Below, piece after piece: positions 1 through 9,626 of a stretch of DNA of 64,000 nt. The translations under genes and the position numbers were made by a program. The stretch lies in the NCBI RefSeq assembly GCF_057098645.1, contig NZ_CM169472.1; one strand, 5' to 3'. Each line of letters opens with the position of its first letter. The stretch's first letter is position 1. The notes beneath the pieces are model-generated. The model was not told where the DNA came from, did no database searches, and saw nothing but the letters and a program-made list of their open reading frames with translations.

Positions 1-490
1 CAACGGTTACTTTCCGCAGGGTGAAAGCCGCGACCATCCGATAAAATTCCCGGCGAAGGCGCAGTTTTATCAGAACCTGCAAAATTATTTGGAAACCGAA
101 CTCAAGCGTGAAAATCCGGTGCTGATTATGGGCGATATGAATATCAGTCCTGGCGACCTGGATATTGGCATTGGCGAAGAGAACCGTAAGCGCTGGCTGC
201 GTACCGGAAAATGTTCTTTCCTTCCGGAGGAACGCGAATGGATGGAGAGACTGATGAGCTGGGGATTGGTCGATACCTTCCGCCATGCGAATCCGCAAAC
301 AGCAGATCGTTTCTCATGGTTTGATTACCGCTCAAAAGGTTTTGACGATAACCGCGGTCTGCGCATCGACCTGCTGCTCGCCAGCCAACCGCTGGCAGAA
401 TGTTGCGTAGAAACCGGCATCGACTATGAAATTCGCAGCATGGAAAAACCGTCCGATCACGCCCCCGTCTGGGCGACCTTCCGCCGCTAA
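1..490 (+). CDS. xthA: Exodeoxyribonuclease III, C-terminal part (5' end lies outside the window)
   Basis: Open frame from the window edge to the stop at 488-490; translation ends ...[12 protein letters not shown], typical exonuclease III C-terminus; conserved position upstream of ydjX. Confidence 0.9.
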   Translation, partial: NGYFPQGESRDHPIKFPAKAQFYQNLQNYLETELKRENPVLIMGDMNISPGDLDIGIGEENRKRWLRTGKCSFLPEEREWMERLMSWGLVDTFRHANPQTADRFSWFDYRSKGFDDNRGLRIDLLLASQPLAECCVETGIDYEIRSMEKPSDHAPVWATFRR

Positions 491-656
491 TTTAGCAGCT
501 CTCCTGGCTCAAACTGGGCCAGGAGAATTAACCTTGAGAAAAATCAACAAACTGTCAGTAATGATTTGTTGCCTGCCGCCCTTTGTTATACCGTCACTGC
601 ATTTTTAGTTGTCTGACCACTTCTCTATTATCAAGTTTGATATAGGAAACTCCACG

Positions 657-1367
657 ATGAACGCTGAGCGTAAATTTCTTTTTGCCTGTCTTATTTTTGC
701 GCTGGTCATTTACGCTATCCACGCTTTCGGTTTATTCGATCTGCTCACCGATTTACCCCACTTACAGACACTCATTCGCCAGAGCGGATTGTTCGGTTAT
801 AGCCTCTATATTCTGTTATTCATCATTGCCACCCTCTTTCTGTTACCAGGAAGCATATTGGTGATCGCGGGAGGAATAGTTTTTGGCCCGTTCTTAGGGA
901 CACTACTCTCATTAATTGCCGCCACGCTGGCCTCCTCGTGCTCATTCCTGCTGGCGCGCTGGATGGGACGTGATTTACTGCTGAAATACGTTGGCCATAG
1001 CCATACCTTCCAGGCCATTGAAAAAGGCATTGCGCGTAACGGCATCGATTTTCTTATTCTGACCCGCTTAATTCCGCTGTTTCCGTACAATATTCAAAAT
1101 TACGCTTACGGATTAACCGCTATTGCTTTCTGGCCCTATACCCTTATTTCGGCATTAACCACCCTGCCCGGAATCGTAATTTATACCGTGATGGCAAGCG
1201 ATCTCGCCAATGAAGGCATTACGCTGCGCTTTATTTTACAACTCTGTCTGGCGGGCCTGGCGCTGTTTATTCTCGTCCAGCTCGCCAAACTCTACGCCCG
1301 ACACAAACATGTGGATCTGTCTGCTTCGCGCCGCAACCCACTTACTCACCCAAAAAATGAAGGATAG
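657..1367 (+). CDS. ydjX: DedA/TVP38-family inner membrane protein
   Basis: ORF 609-1367; start at internal ATG (MNAERKFLF...) gives 236 aa; multi-TM hydrophobic profile; synteny. Confidence 0.85.
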   Translation: MNAERKFLFACLIFALVIYAIHAFGLFDLLTDLPHLQTLIRQSGLFGYSLYILLFIIATLFLLPGSILVIAGGIVFGPFLGTLLSLIAATLASSCSFLLARWMGRDLLLKYVGHSHTFQAIEKGIARNGIDFLILTRLIPLFPYNIQNYAYGLTAIAFWPYTLISALTTLPGIVIYTVMASDLANEGITLRFILQLCLAGLALFILVQLAKLYARHKHVDLSASRRNPLTHPKNEG

Positions 1368-1371
1368 AACG

Positions 1372-2049
1372 ATGTTGCAACATTATTCAGTGTCATGGAA
1401 AAAAGGACTGACTGCACTCTGCTTACTGGCTGTTGCTGGGCTTAGCGGCTGCGATCAAAAAGAGAATACGGCGGCAAAAGTGGAATACGACGGACTTTCG
1501 AACAGCCAACCGCTGCGCGTCGATGCCAATAACCATACGGTAACCATGCTGGTGCAAATTAATGGTCGTTTCCTCACCGACGACACTCGTCACGGTATTG
1601 TGTTTAAAGATGGCTCCAACGGACATAAATCGCTGTTTATGGGTTATGCGACCCCGAAAGCATTTTATGAAGCCCTGAAAGAGGCAGGTGGTACGCCGGG
1701 CGAAAACATGACGATGGATAATAAAGAAACGACTCATGTCACGGGCAGCAAACTGGATATTTCGGTCAACTGGCAAGGGGCGGCAAAAGCGTATTCCTTT
1801 GATGAAGTGATTGTTGACAGTAATGGCAAGAAACTGGACATGCGCTTTGGCGGTAATTTAACGGCAGCAGAAGAGAAGAAAACGGGCTGCCTGGTGTGTC
1901 TGGATAGCTGCCCGGTCGGCATCGTCAGCAATGCAACATACACTTATGGTGCGGTGGAAAAACGCGGCGAAGTGAAATTCAAAGGCAATGCCTCGGTTCT
2001 CCCGGCGGATAACACGCTGGCAACGGTTACCTTTAAAATCACCGAATAA
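1372..2049 (+). CDS. ydjY: Putative lipoprotein YdjY
   Basis: Internal ATG at 1372 of ORF 1210-2049 (MLQHYSVSWKK...), lipobox LSGC, 225 aa; starts 5 nt after the ydjX stop. Confidence 0.8.
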   Translation: MLQHYSVSWKKGLTALCLLAVAGLSGCDQKENTAAKVEYDGLSNSQPLRVDANNHTVTMLVQINGRFLTDDTRHGIVFKDGSNGHKSLFMGYATPKAFYEALKEAGGTPGENMTMDNKETTHVTGSKLDISVNWQGAAKAYSFDEVIVDSNGKKLDMRFGGNLTAAEEKKTGCLVCLDSCPVGIVSNATYTYGAVEKRGEVKFKGNASVLPADNTLATVTFKITE

Positions 2050-2063
2050 AGCCAGGATAAAGG

Positions 2064-2771
2064 ATGATGAAGATACAATCGCGAAAAATCTGGTACTACC
2101 GTATAACCCTCATCATCCTGTTGTTCGCTATGCTGCTGGCATGGGCGCTGCTTCCCGGCGTCCATGAGTTTATCAATCGCAGCGTTGCGGCGTTTGCCGC
2201 CGTGGACCAACAGGGTATAGAACGCATTATTCAGTCTTACGGCGCACTGGCGGCAGTTGTCTCGTTCTTGTTGATGATTTTACAGGCCATTGCTGCACCG
2301 CTACCTGCGTTTTTGATCACCTTTGCCAATGCGTCGCTATTTGGCGCGTTCTGGGGCGGCTTGCTGTCGTGGACCAGTTCGATGGCCGGCGCGGCGCTGT
2401 GCTTTTTTATCGCCAGAGTGATGGGCCGCGAAGTGGTGGAAAAATTAACCGGCAAAACAGTACTTGACAGTATGGACGGCTTTTTCACTCGCTACGGCAA
2501 ACACACCATCCTGGTCTGTCGGTTATTGCCTTTTGTCCCTTTCGATCCAATCAGCTATGCTGCCGGTCTGACTTCAATCCGTTTTCGCTCGTTTTTTATC
2601 GCCACCGGGCTTGGTCAGTTACCGGCGACTATTGTTTATTCCTGGGCGGGCAGCATGTTAACAGGCGGTACCTTCTGGTTTGTCACCGGACTGTTTATTC
2701 TGTTTGCCCTGACCGTGGTGATTTTTATGGCGAAGAAAATATGGCTTGAGCGCCAGAAGAGGAATGCCTGA
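2064..2771 (+). CDS. ydjZ: DedA/TVP38-family inner membrane protein, paralog of ydjX
   Basis: 235-aa ORF with multi-TM profile; stop overlaps the ynjA start (TGATG). Confidence 0.85.
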   Translation: MMKIQSRKIWYYRITLIILLFAMLLAWALLPGVHEFINRSVAAFAAVDQQGIERIIQSYGALAAVVSFLLMILQAIAAPLPAFLITFANASLFGAFWGGLLSWTSSMAGAALCFFIARVMGREVVEKLTGKTVLDSMDGFFTRYGKHTILVCRLLPFVPFDPISYAAGLTSIRFRSFFIATGLGQLPATIVYSWAGSMLTGGTFWFVTGLFILFALTVVIFMAKKIWLERQKRNA

Positions 2772-3319
2772 TGGGTTTACCACCGCTTAGCAAAATTCCT
2801 TTCATTTTACGTCCGCAGGCGTGGCTGCATCGTCGCCATTACGGCGAGGTGCTAAGCCCCATTCGCTGGTGGGGGCGGATCCCGTTTATCTTTTATCTGG
2901 TGTCGATGTTTGTTGGCTGGATGGAGCGCAAACGCTCACCGCTCGATCCGGTAGTACGATCGCTTGTCAGCGCGCGCATTGCGCAAATGTGCCTGTGTGA
3001 GTTTTGTGTGGATATCACCAGTATGAAAGTCGCCGAGCGCACCGGCAGCAGCGATAAACTGCTGGCAGTGGCTGACTGGCGACAAAGCCCGCTCTTCAGC
3101 GATGAAGAACGGCTGGCGCTGGAGTACGCCGAAGCCGCAAGCGTCACGCCGCCAACGGTCGATGATGCCCTGCGCACCCGACTGGCTGCGCATTTTGACG
3201 CCCAGGCGCTCACCGAACTGACGGCATTGATCGGCCTGCAAAATCTGTCGGCTCGTTTTAATTCTGCCATGGACATTCCCGCTCAGGGGCTGTGCCGTAT
3301 TCCGGAAAAACGTTCTTAA
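2771..3319 (+). CDS. ynjA: Carboxymuconolactone decarboxylase / AhpD-like family protein
   Basis: 182-aa ORF; translationally coupled to ydjZ; synteny. Confidence 0.8.
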   Translation: MGLPPLSKIPFILRPQAWLHRRHYGEVLSPIRWWGRIPFIFYLVSMFVGWMERKRSPLDPVVRSLVSARIAQMCLCEFCVDITSMKVAERTGSSDKLLAVADWRQSPLFSDEERLALEYAEAASVTPPTVDDALRTRLAAHFDAQALTELTALIGLQNLSARFNSAMDIPAQGLCRIPEKRS

Positions 3320-3328
3320 GGAGAGATG

Positions 3329-4495
3329 ATGCGCCATTGTGGGTGGTTGCTGGGATTGTTATCGCTGTTTTCTCTGGCAACACATGCCAGTGACTGGCAA
3401 GAAATTAAAAATGAGGCCAAAGGGCAAACTGTCTGGTTTAACGCCTGGGGCGGCGATACCGCAATTAACCGCTATCTCGACTGGGTTAGCGGCGAGATGA
3501 AAACCCATTACGCTATAAACCTGAAGATTGTTCGTCTGGCGGATGCCGCAGACGCGGTGAAGCGCATTCAGACCGAAGCCGCAGCCGGACGTAAAACGGG
3601 CGGCTCGGTGGATCTGCTCTGGGTGAACGGCGAAAACTTCCGCACCTTAAAAGAGGCCAATTTATTACAAACGGGCTGGGCGGAGACTCTGCCCAACTGG
3701 CGCTATGTCGACACACAGCTGCCGGTGCGGGAAGATTTTTCAGTGCCGACACAAGGTGCGGAATCGCCCTGGGGCGGCGCACAACTGACGTTTATCGCCC
3801 GCCGCGATGTTACGCCACAGCCACCACAAACGCCGCAAGCCTTACTGGAGTTTGCTAAAGCCAATCCCGGCACGGTTACCTATCCGCGCCCACCGGACTT
3901 TACCGGCACGGCGTTTCTTGAACAGTTGCTGATTATGCTGGCGCCCGATCCCGCCGCATTAAAAGAAGCGTCGGACGATGCGACTTTCGCCCGTGTCACT
4001 GCTCCCTTGTGGCAATATCTTGATGCGCTGCATCCGTATTTGTGGCGCGAAGGAAAGGATTTCCCGCCTTCGCCCGCGCGGATGGATGCTCTGCTGAAAG
4101 CCGGCACATTGCGCCTGTCGCTGACCTTTAACCCCGCGCATGCGCAGCAAAAAATCGCCAGCGGCGATTTGCCTGCAAGCAGTTACAGTTTTGGCTTTCG
4201 CGAGGGGATGATTGGCAACGTGCATTTCGTCACCATTCCTGCCAACGCGAATGCCAGTGCTGCGGCGAAGGTAGTTGCCAATTTCTTGCTCTCACCCGAT
4301 GCGCAATTGCGTAAAGCAGATCCCGCTGTCTGGGGCGATCCTTCTGTTCTCGATCCGCAAAAACTGCCTGATGGGCAGCGCGAAACATTGCAATCAAGAA
4401 TGCCGCAAGATCTGCCGCCGGTACTGGCTGAACCGCACGCAGGTTGGGTAAATGCGCTGGAACAAGAATGGCTACACCGTTACGGTACGCATTAA
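3329..4495 (+). CDS. ynjB: ABC transporter periplasmic substrate-binding protein
   Basis: 388/389-aa ORF with N-terminal signal peptide (LLGLLSLFSLATHA); followed by permease and ATPase genes. Confidence 0.8.
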   Translation: MRHCGWLLGLLSLFSLATHASDWQEIKNEAKGQTVWFNAWGGDTAINRYLDWVSGEMKTHYAINLKIVRLADAADAVKRIQTEAAAGRKTGGSVDLLWVNGENFRTLKEANLLQTGWAETLPNWRYVDTQLPVREDFSVPTQGAESPWGGAQLTFIARRDVTPQPPQTPQALLEFAKANPGTVTYPRPPDFTGTAFLEQLLIMLAPDPAALKEASDDATFARVTAPLWQYLDALHPYLWREGKDFPPSPARMDALLKAGTLRLSLTFNPAHAQQKIASGDLPASSYSFGFREGMIGNVHFVTIPANANASAAAKVVANFLLSPDAQLRKADPAVWGDPSVLDPQKLPDGQRETLQSRMPQDLPPVLAEPHAGWVNALEQEWLHRYGTH

Positions 4496-6003
4496 TCTTT
4501 TTGCTGTGGGCGATGGTGGCGGTGATTTATGCACCGCTGATCCCGGCAGCTCTCACGCTGATATCGCCTGCTTTGTCGTTGACACACTGGCAGGCGTTAT
4601 TTGCCGATCCACAGTTACCGCAGGCATTACTGGCAACGCTGGTGTCGACAACCATCGCGGCGGTCGGGGCGTTGTTGATTGCCCTGCTGGTGATTGTGGC
4701 GCTGTGGCCTGGGCCGAAATGGCAGCGTATGTGCACCCGTCTGCCGTGGCTGCTCGCCATTCCCCATGTGGCTTTTGCCACCAGCGCCCTTCTGCTCTTT
4801 GCTGACGGAGGGCTGCTTTATGACTATTTCCCGTATTTCACTCCGCCAATGGACAAATTGGGTATTGGGCTGGGCTTCACGCTGGCGGTGAAAGAAAGCG
4901 CATTTCTGCTGTGGATCTTAGCAGCGGTATTGAGTGAAAAACGGCTTTTACAGCAAGTCATCGTGCTGGATTCGCTGGGCTACAGCCGCTGGCAATGCCT
5001 GAACTGGCTGCTGTTGCCCTCCGTCGCGCCTGCGCTGGCAATGGCGATGCTGGCGATTGTTGCCTGGTCGCTGTCGGTCGTGGATGTGGCGATTATTCTT
5101 GGGCCAGGTAATCCACCGACGCTGGCAGTAATTAGCTGGCAGTGGTTAACTCAGGGCGACGCCAATCAACAAACGAAAGGCGCACTCGCCAGCCTGCTGC
5201 TGATGTTGTTACTCGCCGCCTACGTTTTGCTGGGCTATCTGCTATGGTGTACCTGGCGGCGTACTATTCCCCGCGTAGATGGCGTTCGTAAGCCTGCCAC
5301 GCCTTTATTGCCAGGCATTACGCTGGCGAGTTTTTTACCCTTGACCGGTGTGCTGTGTGTGGTTCTGCTGGCGATCCTCGCGGATCAGTCGACGATCAAT
5401 AGTGAAGCGCTCATCAACAGCCTGACAATGGGGCTGGTGGCGACATTCATCGCTTTGCTCCTGTTACTGCTGTGGCTGGGATGGGGGCCACAGCGTCGCC
5501 AGTTGTGGCTATGGTTGCCCATTTTATTACCGGCACTGCAGCTGGTGGCGGGCCAGTACACGCTGGCGCTATGGCTGAACCTGGATGGAAGCTGGACGGC
5601 GGTGGTCTGGGGGTATCTGCTGTGGGTGATGCCGTGGATGCTGTTTATCCTGCAATCGGCCTGGCAGCGCATTGATTCACGGTTAATTTTGATTGCGCAA
5701 ACACTGGGCTGGTCGCGGGCCAAAATCTTCTTTTACGTGAAATGTCCGCTTATGCTACGCCCTACGCTGATTGCCTTCGCGGTGGGATTTTCAGTCAGTA
5801 TTGCGCAGTATATGCCGACGCTGTGGCTGGGCGCGGGGCGTTTTCCGACGCTCACCACTGAGGCGGTGGCATTAAGCAGCGGCGGCAGCAACGGTATTCT
5901 CGCCGCCCAGGCTTTATGGCAACTGTTGTTACCGCTTATTATTTTTGCCCTGACCGCGTTAGTCGCAAAATGGGTAGGTTATGTCAGACAAGGACTCCGC
6001 TAA
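4468..6003 (+). CDS. ynjC: ABC transporter permease (fused two-domain)
   Basis: 511-aa highly hydrophobic ORF; overlaps ynjB 3' end by 28 nt; stop overlaps ynjD start (TAATG). Confidence 0.8.
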   Translation: MATPLRYALIFLLWAMVAVIYAPLIPAALTLISPALSLTHWQALFADPQLPQALLATLVSTTIAAVGALLIALLVIVALWPGPKWQRMCTRLPWLLAIPHVAFATSALLLFADGGLLYDYFPYFTPPMDKLGIGLGFTLAVKESAFLLWILAAVLSEKRLLQQVIVLDSLGYSRWQCLNWLLLPSVAPALAMAMLAIVAWSLSVVDVAIILGPGNPPTLAVISWQWLTQGDANQQTKGALASLLLMLLLAAYVLLGYLLWCTWRRTIPRVDGVRKPATPLLPGITLASFLPLTGVLCVVLLAILADQSTINSEALINSLTMGLVATFIALLLLLLWLGWGPQRRQLWLWLPILLPALQLVAGQYTLALWLNLDGSWTAVVWGYLLWVMPWMLFILQSAWQRIDSRLILIAQTLGWSRAKIFFYVKCPLMLRPTLIAFAVGFSVSIAQYMPTLWLGAGRFPTLTTEAVALSSGGSNGILAAQALWQLLLPLIIFALTALVAKWVGYVRQGLR

Positions 6004-6656
6004 TGCTCTGCGTGAAAAATGTTTCGCTACGTTTACCAGAAAGTTGCTTGCTGACAAACGTTAACTTTACGGTGGATAAAGGTGACATTGTCACGTTAAT
6101 GGGGCCGTCTGGCTGTGGAAAATCCACTCTGTTTTCATGGATGATTGGTGCACTGGCCGGACAGTTTTCTTGTACAGGTGAGCTATGGCTCAATGAGCAA
6201 CGGATTGACATGCTACCCACCGCACAGCGTCAGATTGGCATTCTTTTTCAGGATGCACTGTTATTTGACCAGTTCAGCGTCGGGCAAAATTTACTGCTGG
6301 CGCTACCGGCGACACTTAAGGGGAATGCCCGACGTAATGCCGTGAATGATGCACTTGAGCGTTCAGGCCTTGACAGAGCTTTCCATCAGGATCCTGCCAC
6401 TTTGTCTGGCGGTCAGCGAGCGCGCGTTGCTCTACTACGCGCCCTTCTCGCCCAGCCAAAAGCGTTGCTACTGGATGAGCCATTCAGCCGTCTTGATGTG
6501 GCTCTGCGCGATAATTTTCGCCAGTGGGTGTTCAGCGAAGTTCGCGAACTGGCGATCCCCGTCGTTCAGGTAACGCACGATCTCCAGGATGTTCCTGCTG
6601 ATAGTTCTGTTCTGGATATGGCTCAGTGGTCAGAAAATTACAACAAACTGCGATAA
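6003..6656 (+). CDS. ynjD: ABC transporter ATP-binding protein
   Basis: Walker A GPSGCGKST and ABC signature LSGGQRARV in translation; 217 aa from internal ATG at 6003. Confidence 0.85.
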   Translation: MLCVKNVSLRLPESCLLTNVNFTVDKGDIVTLMGPSGCGKSTLFSWMIGALAGQFSCTGELWLNEQRIDMLPTAQRQIGILFQDALLFDQFSVGQNLLLALPATLKGNARRNAVNDALERSGLDRAFHQDPATLSGGQRARVALLRALLAQPKALLLDEPFSRLDVALRDNFRQWVFSEVRELAIPVVQVTHDLQDVPADSSVLDMAQWSENYNKLR

Positions 6657-6722
6657 CGCAAAGTTTTTCCCAATGCGTCAGTTCAGAATGGCGCACTCAA
6701 AACTACAATGTCGGGATTTTCG

Positions 6723-8030
6723 ATGAAACGTGTTTCTCAAATGACCGCGCTGGCAATGGCTTTAGGGCTGGCTTGCGCTTCTTCGTGGGCCGCTGAACTG
6801 GCGAAGCCTCTTACACTTGACCAGCTTCAACAACAAAATGGCAAAGCGATAGATACTCGCCCCAGCGCGTTTTATAACGGCTGGCCACAAACCTTAAATG
6901 GCCCTTCTGGTCATGAACCTGCCGCCTTAAACCTCTCTGCTAGCTGGCTTGACAAAATGAGCACCGAACAGCTAAACGCGTGGATCAAGCAACATAACCT
7001 GAAAGCCGATGCCCCGGTGGCGCTATACGGTAATGGCAAAGATGTCGACGCAGTCAAAACGCGACTGCAAAAAGCAGGTTTTACGCATATCTCCATTCTG
7101 AGTGACGCGCTAATCGAACCTTCCCGTCTACAAAAACTGCCGCACTTTGAGCAGCTGGTTTATCCGCAATGGCTGCACGACCTGCAACAAGGTAAAGAGG
7201 TTACGGCGAAACCTGCCGGTGACTGGAAAGTCATTGAAGCGGCCTGGGGCGCTCCTAAGCTTTACCTTATCAGCCATATTCCCGGTGCTGACTACATCGA
7301 TACCAACGAAGTGGAAAGCGAACCGCTGTGGAACAAAGTTTCTGATGAACAACTAAAAGCGATGCTGGCAAAACACGGCATTCGCCATGACACCACGGTC
7401 ATTCTGTACGGGCGTGACGTATACGCTGCAGCGCGTGTGGCGCAGATTATGCTTTATGCCGGCGTGAATGATGTGCGCCTGCTGGATGGCGGCTGGCAAA
7501 CCTGGTCCGACGCGGGACTGCCTGTTGAGCGAGGAACGCCACCGAAAGTGAAAGCGGAACCGGATTTCGGCGTGAAGATCCCGGCACAACCGCAACTAAT
7601 GCTTGATATGGAACAGGCGCGTGGACTGCTGCATCGCCAGGATGCATCGCTGGTGAGCATTCGTTCGTGGCCAGAGTTTATCGGTACGACCAGCGGTTAC
7701 AGCTATATTAAACCAAAAGGTGAAATAGCCGGAGCACGTTGGGGACACGCTGGTAGCGACTCGACGCATATGGAAGATTTCCATAACCCGGATGGCACCA
7801 TGCGTAGCGCCGATGATATTACCGCTATGTGGAAAGCATGGAATATCAAACCAGATCAGCAAGTTTCATTCTACTGCGGCACCGGCTGGCGCGCGTCCGA
7901 AACCTTTATGTACGCACGAGCAATGGGCTGGAATAACGTCTCCGTTTACGACGGCGGCTGGTACGAATGGAGCAGCGATCCAAAAAATCCGGTAGCAACC
8001 GGTGAACGCGGCCCGGACAGCAGCAAATAA
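6723..8030 (+). CDS. ynjE: Periplasmic rhodanese-domain sulfurtransferase (thiosulfate sulfurtransferase family)
   Basis: 435 aa from internal ATG (MKRVSQMTALAMALGLACASSWA signal peptide); tandem rhodanese-like architecture with CGTGWR active-site loop. Confidence 0.85.
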   Translation: MKRVSQMTALAMALGLACASSWAAELAKPLTLDQLQQQNGKAIDTRPSAFYNGWPQTLNGPSGHEPAALNLSASWLDKMSTEQLNAWIKQHNLKADAPVALYGNGKDVDAVKTRLQKAGFTHISILSDALIEPSRLQKLPHFEQLVYPQWLHDLQQGKEVTAKPAGDWKVIEAAWGAPKLYLISHIPGADYIDTNEVESEPLWNKVSDEQLKAMLAKHGIRHDTTVILYGRDVYAAARVAQIMLYAGVNDVRLLDGGWQTWSDAGLPVERGTPPKVKAEPDFGVKIPAQPQLMLDMEQARGLLHRQDASLVSIRSWPEFIGTTSGYSYIKPKGEIAGARWGHAGSDSTHMEDFHNPDGTMRSADDITAMWKAWNIKPDQQVSFYCGTGWRASETFMYARAMGWNNVSVYDGGWYEWSSDPKNPVATGERGPDSSK

Positions 8031-8038
8031 CATTGCAA

Positions 8039-8659
8039 TTACTGACGCTGGAGCGACTTCAGCGTCAGATACCCACTCCACACCCGCGTAAAGGTCGTCA
8101 TCCAGCACAACGCACCAAATACCCACGCAAACCACGGAAAACAGGTCGGAAAGAGGCAACTCAGAACAAACAGCAAAATCGTCTCGCTGCCTTCGGTTAA
8201 CCCGCCCAGATAATAAAACGATTTATGCGCATAACCGGGATTATCAATCTGATGTTTCGCCGCCAGCGCAGCAAAGGCGAGAAAACTGCTGCCCGTACCA
8301 ATAAACGCAAACAGCAGCCAGCCGCCTGCCAGCGCATTTTGCTCCGGTGCAGCAAGAATAAACCCAAAAGGCACCAGCGCGTAAAAAAGAAAATCGAGAG
8401 AAATATCGAGAAAGCCGCCCGCGTCGGTAAGCCCTCTGCGCCGCGCCAGCGCACCGTCCAGACCATCAAGCAGCCTGTTCAACAAAATGACGACTAGCGC
8501 CGCCAGATACCAGCCCAGCGCCAGAAACGGCAGAGCCAGCACGCCGATGGCAAATCCCACTAATGTTAAACCATCTGGCGTAATGCCCGGTTTATCAAGA
8601 ACCCGCACGCACTGATGCAACAACGGTTTAATCCGGGGATGAAGATGGCGGTCTAGCAC
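8039..8659 (-). CDS. ynjF: CDP-alcohol phosphatidyltransferase family membrane protein
   Basis: Minus-strand ORF; GTG at 8657-8659 lies 5 nt downstream of an AGGAG Shine-Dalgarno; 206 aa; motif DGLDGALAR. Confidence 0.8.
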   Translation of the reverse strand: MLDRHLHPRIKPLLHQCVRVLDKPGITPDGLTLVGFAIGVLALPFLALGWYLAALVVILLNRLLDGLDGALARRRGLTDAGGFLDISLDFLFYALVPFGFILAAPEQNALAGGWLLFAFIGTGSSFLAFAALAAKHQIDNPGYAHKSFYYLGGLTEGSETILLFVLSCLFPTCFPWFAWVFGALCWMTTFTRVWSGYLTLKSLQRQ

Positions 8660-8745
8660 AGGCACTCCTTAAATATAAAGCCTTTCTGATTGAGCAACAG
8701 TGCGGATATTATGGCATTTTTCGCTTATCTGCCCGTGTGTAATTT

Positions 8746-9153
8746 ATGAAAATGATTGAAGTTGTTGCCGCCATCATTGAACGTGATGGCAAAATTTTAC
8801 TCGCGCAACGCCCCGCCCAGAGCGATCAGGCGGGATTATGGGAGTTTGCCGGTGGTAAAGTCGAGCCGGATGAAAGTCAGCGGCAGGCGCTGGTGCGTGA
8901 GTTACGCGAAGAACTGGGCATCGAAGCAACTGTGGGTGAGTATGTTACCAGCCATCAGCGAGAAGTTTCGGGGCGAATTATCCATCTTCATGCCTGGCAC
9001 GTACCCGACTTCCACGGGACGTTACAGGCTCATGAACATCAGGCGCTGGTCTGGTGCTCACCTGAAGAGGCGCTGCAATATCCGCTGGCCCCTGCTGACA
9101 TTCCACTATTAGAGGCATTTATAGCTTTACGCGCCGCCAGACCAGCGGATTAG
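8746..9153 (+). CDS. nudG: Nudix hydrolase, (d)CTP pyrophosphohydrolase
   Basis: 135-aa ORF with Nudix box (GGKVEPDESQRQALVRELREELGIE). Confidence 0.85.
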   Translation: MKMIEVVAAIIERDGKILLAQRPAQSDQAGLWEFAGGKVEPDESQRQALVRELREELGIEATVGEYVTSHQREVSGRIIHLHAWHVPDFHGTLQAHEHQALVWCSPEEALQYPLAPADIPLLEAFIALRAARPAD

Positions 9154-9391
9154 TGCTAAGGGTTTTGTCATCACGCTGGCATTGCAGCAGTATTCCTTCG
9201 GCTTTAATTACCGCTCCTTCAGAATAATTTTTATCCTGATAAACGCAGCACTGAGTACAGGGCTGCGCTGACTGCCCGCCTGAACTGAACACTTCTGGCG
9301 GTACGTTAACCTCCACGTCCGGACGATAATGCGGGTTAGCCAGTGCAATTAATGGAAATGCTAATACTACGGCGAACAATGCTCGACTCAC
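9119..9391 (-). CDS. ynjH: Small secreted protein, DUF1496 family
   Basis: 90-aa ORF with N-terminal signal peptide; convergent with nudG and overlapping its 3' end by 35 nt. Confidence 0.75.
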   Translation of the reverse strand: MSRALFAVVLAFPLIALANPHYRPDVEVNVPPEVFSSGGQSAQPCTQCCVYQDKNYSEGAVIKAEGILLQCQRDDKTLSTNPLVWRRVKL

Positions 9392-9626
9392 AGGGAACTC
9401 CTTAACGTTATTGTCTCTGCTACTGATAACGGTAGCCGGGTGGCAAAACTTTAGCGTCTGAGTTATCGCATTTGGTTATGAGATTACTCTCGTTATTAAT
9501 TTGCTTTCCTGGGTCATTTTTTTCTTGCTTACCGTCACATTCTTGATGGTATAGTCGAAAACTGCAAAAGCACATCACATAAACAACATAAGCACAATCG
9601 TATTAATATATAAGGGTTTTATATCT

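Noticed and set aside
426-608. 60-aa ORF spanning the xthA stop and xthA–ydjX spacer
   Set aside because: Overlaps the xthA 3' end out of frame and the intergenic hairpin; no coding signal
8197-8497. Two 90-aa ORFs (one per strand) inside ynjF
   Set aside because: Embedded in the ynjF coding region; Arg/Lys-rich nonsense translations
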